A DNA stretch of 42,488 bases. Origin: Nemertoderma westbladi. Its lineage: Eukaryota; Animalia; Xenacoelomorpha. The notes under the pieces were generated by a model, which saw only the letters and a list, made by a program, of their open reading frames with translations, was not told the DNA's origin and did not search any database. Shown one piece after another: positions 25,613 to 42,488 of the stretch. Location of the stretch: positions 1-42,488 of the forward strand of contig JAUCBJ010007579.1 in NCBI GenBank assembly GCA_032718475.1. The letters are read 5' to 3'. Position numbers and translations under genes: made by a program. Numbering within the stretch: the first letter of the stretch is position 1; each line of letters begins with the position of its first letter.

Positions 25613-26512
25613 AAACTAGCTTGGTAAGCGCTTTCACATACTTGCGAACTAGCTTGGGAAGCGAGTTCACATACTTGCGAACTGGCTTGGGAAGCGCGTT
25701 AACATACTTGCGAACTGGATTGGTAAGCGCGTTCACATACTTGCGAATTGGCTTGGGAAGCGCGTTCACATACTTGCGAATTGGCTTGGGAAGCGCGTTC
25801 ACATACTTGCGAACTGGCTTGGGAAGCGCGTTCACATACTTGCGAACTGGCTTGGGAAGCGCGTTCACATACTTGCGAACTTGCTTGGGAAGCGCGTTCA
25901 CATACTTGCGAAATGGCTTGAGAAGCGCGTTAACATACGTGCGAACTGGATTGGGAAGCGCGTTCACATACTTGCGAATTGGCTTGGGAAGCGCGTTCAC
26001 ATACTTGCGAACTGGCTTGGGAAGCGCGTTCACAGACTTGCGAACTGGCTTGGGAAGCGCGTTCACATACTTGCGAACTGGCTTGGGAAGCGCGTTCACA
26101 TACTTGCGAACTGGCTTGGGAAGCGCGTTCCCATACTTGCGAACTGGCTTGGGAAGCGCGTTCACATACTTGCGAACTGGCTTGGGAAGCGCGTTCACAT
26201 ACTTGAGAACTGGCTTGGGAAGCGCGTTCACATACTTGCAAACTGGCTTGGGAAGCGCGTTCACATACTTGAGAACTGGCTTGGGAAGCGCGTTCACATA
26301 CTTGCAAACTGGCTTGGGAAGCGCGTTCACATACTTGCGAACTGGCTTGAGAAGCGCGTTCACATACTTGCGAACTGGATTTGGAAGCGCGTTCACATAC
26401 TTGCGAATTGGCTTGGGAAGCGCGTTCCCATACTTGCGAACTGGCTTGGGAAGCGCTTTCTCATACTTGCGAACTGGATTGGGAAGCGCGTTCCCATACT
26501 TGCGAACTGGGT
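25613..26512. repeat. 33-bp minisatellite, ~27 copies
   Basis: Unit ACATACTTGCGAACTGGCTTGGGAAGCGCGTTC. Confidence 0.97.
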
Positions 26513-28410
26513 TAACGAAACAAGCTTTAAACTTAAGAAACACGAGTCGTTAAATTAAGATTAAAAGCGCTCTTAGGTGAATTTAAATTTCCCGCTATAA
26601 TGGCTTGGGTTGTCAGCGATGAAGAGACGCCCTGTAGTTAAATACCGTGGGGGGGGGGGGGGGTAGCCCATCACTGTGAGGCGAGGCACGAAGGTAGGTC
26701 TAAGTGAGTATTGATCTCCCCTTAGCGGTAAATCAAACATCAGGTTGCAGTATACTTATTCCTAACGTTGGAAAATGTAATATAATGGGACTAAAATAAA
26801 GACAGAACATCTTCAAATATTGGAAACGTTTACAAATTTATTTGATTACAAATTTTAATCGCTATTATTAATTTGTCACCACAATTATTGTATTTATCGC
26901 CTTATAAACCTTTACTGTGGATATCGAACTGCCACACCGAATAATATTATAACTCACTATAACTACTTTTGGAAAAACGTTTACGAGTTTGTTTTAAACT
27001 TATTGTAACAAAAACTAAATCTATTAGCTCTTCGGTTGGTTCCTATAGCTACTCGGATATAATTTACGAATAGATATTATTTACAAAAAAAACACAGAAA
27101 TGCACCGCAATTACACCTTAAACGAGAACAGCTACATAATTTGCTTAAAAAGTTTTACTGGGATAAATACATAGTCAATAAGACCGACAATAATTTAGTA
27201 ATAAAATAGTATCAACTGTTCGCAATTCCTACGTAAATTAACACTAAAATAATTTAATGGTTACTTAGAAACTCTAAATGTACCTATTTTTTTAAACAGA
27301 AAATCCCAAATTTTCAGATATCCTGTAAATTATTTAAATGTAAAAATACCTGACGAACTGACCGACCGACCATTTGTTCGACGGACCTACCGACAACTGC
27401 TACCTGACGATAACCAATTAATTGGCCTGTTTTATTAAAATTAAATAAAACCGCACAACCGTAATCAAATAAAGAATCTCTTTGAGACAAATAAATAACA
27501 GCAAATTTTATATCAAAACGATCAATAATTAGGCCTGCGGATAAATCTCTTGTTATACAAATATTTTTTCTATAAACATGAAGTTTATTGTTACATCACA
27601 GTTAAAAGTACAGTTAACGAAAAATTCAACACGTCTTTATAAAAATATAAAAAGCACTACACATTAGAATTCAGTGGCCCAAAATGTTTTTTATTCTTTA
27701 AAAACCATTTTCTAAAAATGTTTGGATAATTAATTATATATTTTTACTTTGATTGTTCGTTGATAAAAAAAAAAGTATAAAAAAAGAGTAGCGACAATTT
27801 CCACACAAATATTTTGTAACCAAAACTAGATTTCTTTATTTTAGAAATTTAATGTTTAGTTTCTGATTTGGTTTTGTTTCTATCTTTCAATATTAAAATA
27901 TTAAAAAATATACTAATACTTAAGCTACAAAATTAAATTATACTTAATAAGTTTATAGATGCGGCACGTAATAAATGCGTTTTATTACATAAATAAGTCA
28001 GGATAAGGAAAATTGTGGGTCGCCTTGAATGAATTCAGATGTTACTAAAATGTAAATCATTAAATTTTGTGGGCAAATTGCAATAACTTTCGTAAATAAT
28101 ACTTTCTGTGACTTTATGTTTCAGATATTTATGCGCAGTATTACAATAATAAAAATACGGTGTATAAACCACATTAATACAACACACGTAAATCATTGCC
28201 ACAAAATGAAACATATGGGAGACAGTCACAATGACTCATTCAAATAATACAACACTGGATTCAGTGTCCAGTGAATACTCTAAGGTATATGCTGGCAGTT
28301 AAGGAGTTATTGCGACGCCTCTAGTGAATAAAAGCGGAACTGAGACAGTCCGAGAGGCAGCGGACTGTTAGACAGGTTTATTGGTTGTCTGTCTCGTGCT
28401 GGAACCGGTC

Positions 28411-28581
<171 letters not shown>

Positions 28582-28922
28582 TTATATTCCAAATTAATTC
28601 AAAACAAACTTTACAGCAACAATTGAGATCACCACGAAATTTGTGGACCCCAAATTTAATATGGGTTAAATATAAGTCGTTCTAGAATAAAAGTTCAGGT
28701 TAGTTCTAGAACGCCTTGGGTAAATCTAACAACTATTACTAGCTAGTTAATAATTAGTAAAAGTAATAGTTGTAAGATTAATAATTTTGGTAAAAATAAC
28801 AAACTGAAATAAATTATTAATAAGTTATTGAAATAGTTTTGGTCCAAAAATGTTCTTTGAAGTATCCAAAACTTTAGGATGGGAAGCACAAAAGAATATG
28901 AAAAAAATGAAATTTATATTTA

Positions 28923-34167
<5,245 letters not shown>

Positions 34168-34663
34168 TACAACTCCCTGAATGTCGTTCACCCCACATAA
34201 TAAATAATCTAATACGCCTTGACCTATTGCTATGTTGTTAATACAATAATTATTTTATAATATAATGATCGACATGATGGATGATACATTTTCCAGGCCA
34301 GAAGCCATATGGTGCACATGAGTTTATTGGCACGAGCACATTGGTATTTACAAACAAACAAGGTATTGAATCAAATATAAATTAATTATGACAATATTCC
34401 ACAATAAAACATGTTCAGAGTTTGGTGTGAACATTTTCAGACCTAATTTCTACACTCAACAGACTGAAGTATACCAATCGTGGTACAAACCGTCGCCTTA
34501 TTCACGTATCTGTCTTGCATCCTTAAATTATCGCTAAATGAGTATCTCTGGGAAGTGTATTTCTGGGGGGGGGGGGGGGGGGGGTCCGTTAATTGACAAT
34601 TAAGTCTATAAACGGTGTGCAACATTCAGAACCAAATTGCCGTAAATATTCTCAGAACTGTTA

Positions 34664-42488
<7,825 letters not shown>

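Overview
AT-rich animal (invertebrate-like) genomic DNA, not prokaryotic. It carries three host genes, all on the - strand: intronless prohibitin-1 (1315-2145), an intronless myosin II regulatory light chain (15191-15703), and the last three coding exons of a TRIM9/TRIM67-family gene covering the SPRY/B30.2 domain (34798-34673, 29222-28985, 28559-28411). A complete ~9.0 kb EnSpm/CACTA-type transposon lies at 4819-13822, with 15-bp TIRs, a TA duplication, a dead transposase, an intact spliced second ORF and nested insertions. There are also LINE remnants, a Helentron/DINE-1-like element and MITE-like repeats. About half the window is four tandem arrays (55, 33, ~47 and 44 bp units). Most unusual, two consecutive TRIM9 introns are filled with arrays whose monomer is that intron's own 3' splice site plus the first 12-24 nt of the next exon (~100 and >=175 copies). 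In the consensus monomer the acceptor is followed within 6-7 codons by an in-frame stop. The 55-bp array likewise derives from the C-terminal coding end of an adjacent RTE-type LINE. Family assignments come from motif recognition by eye; no searches were run.
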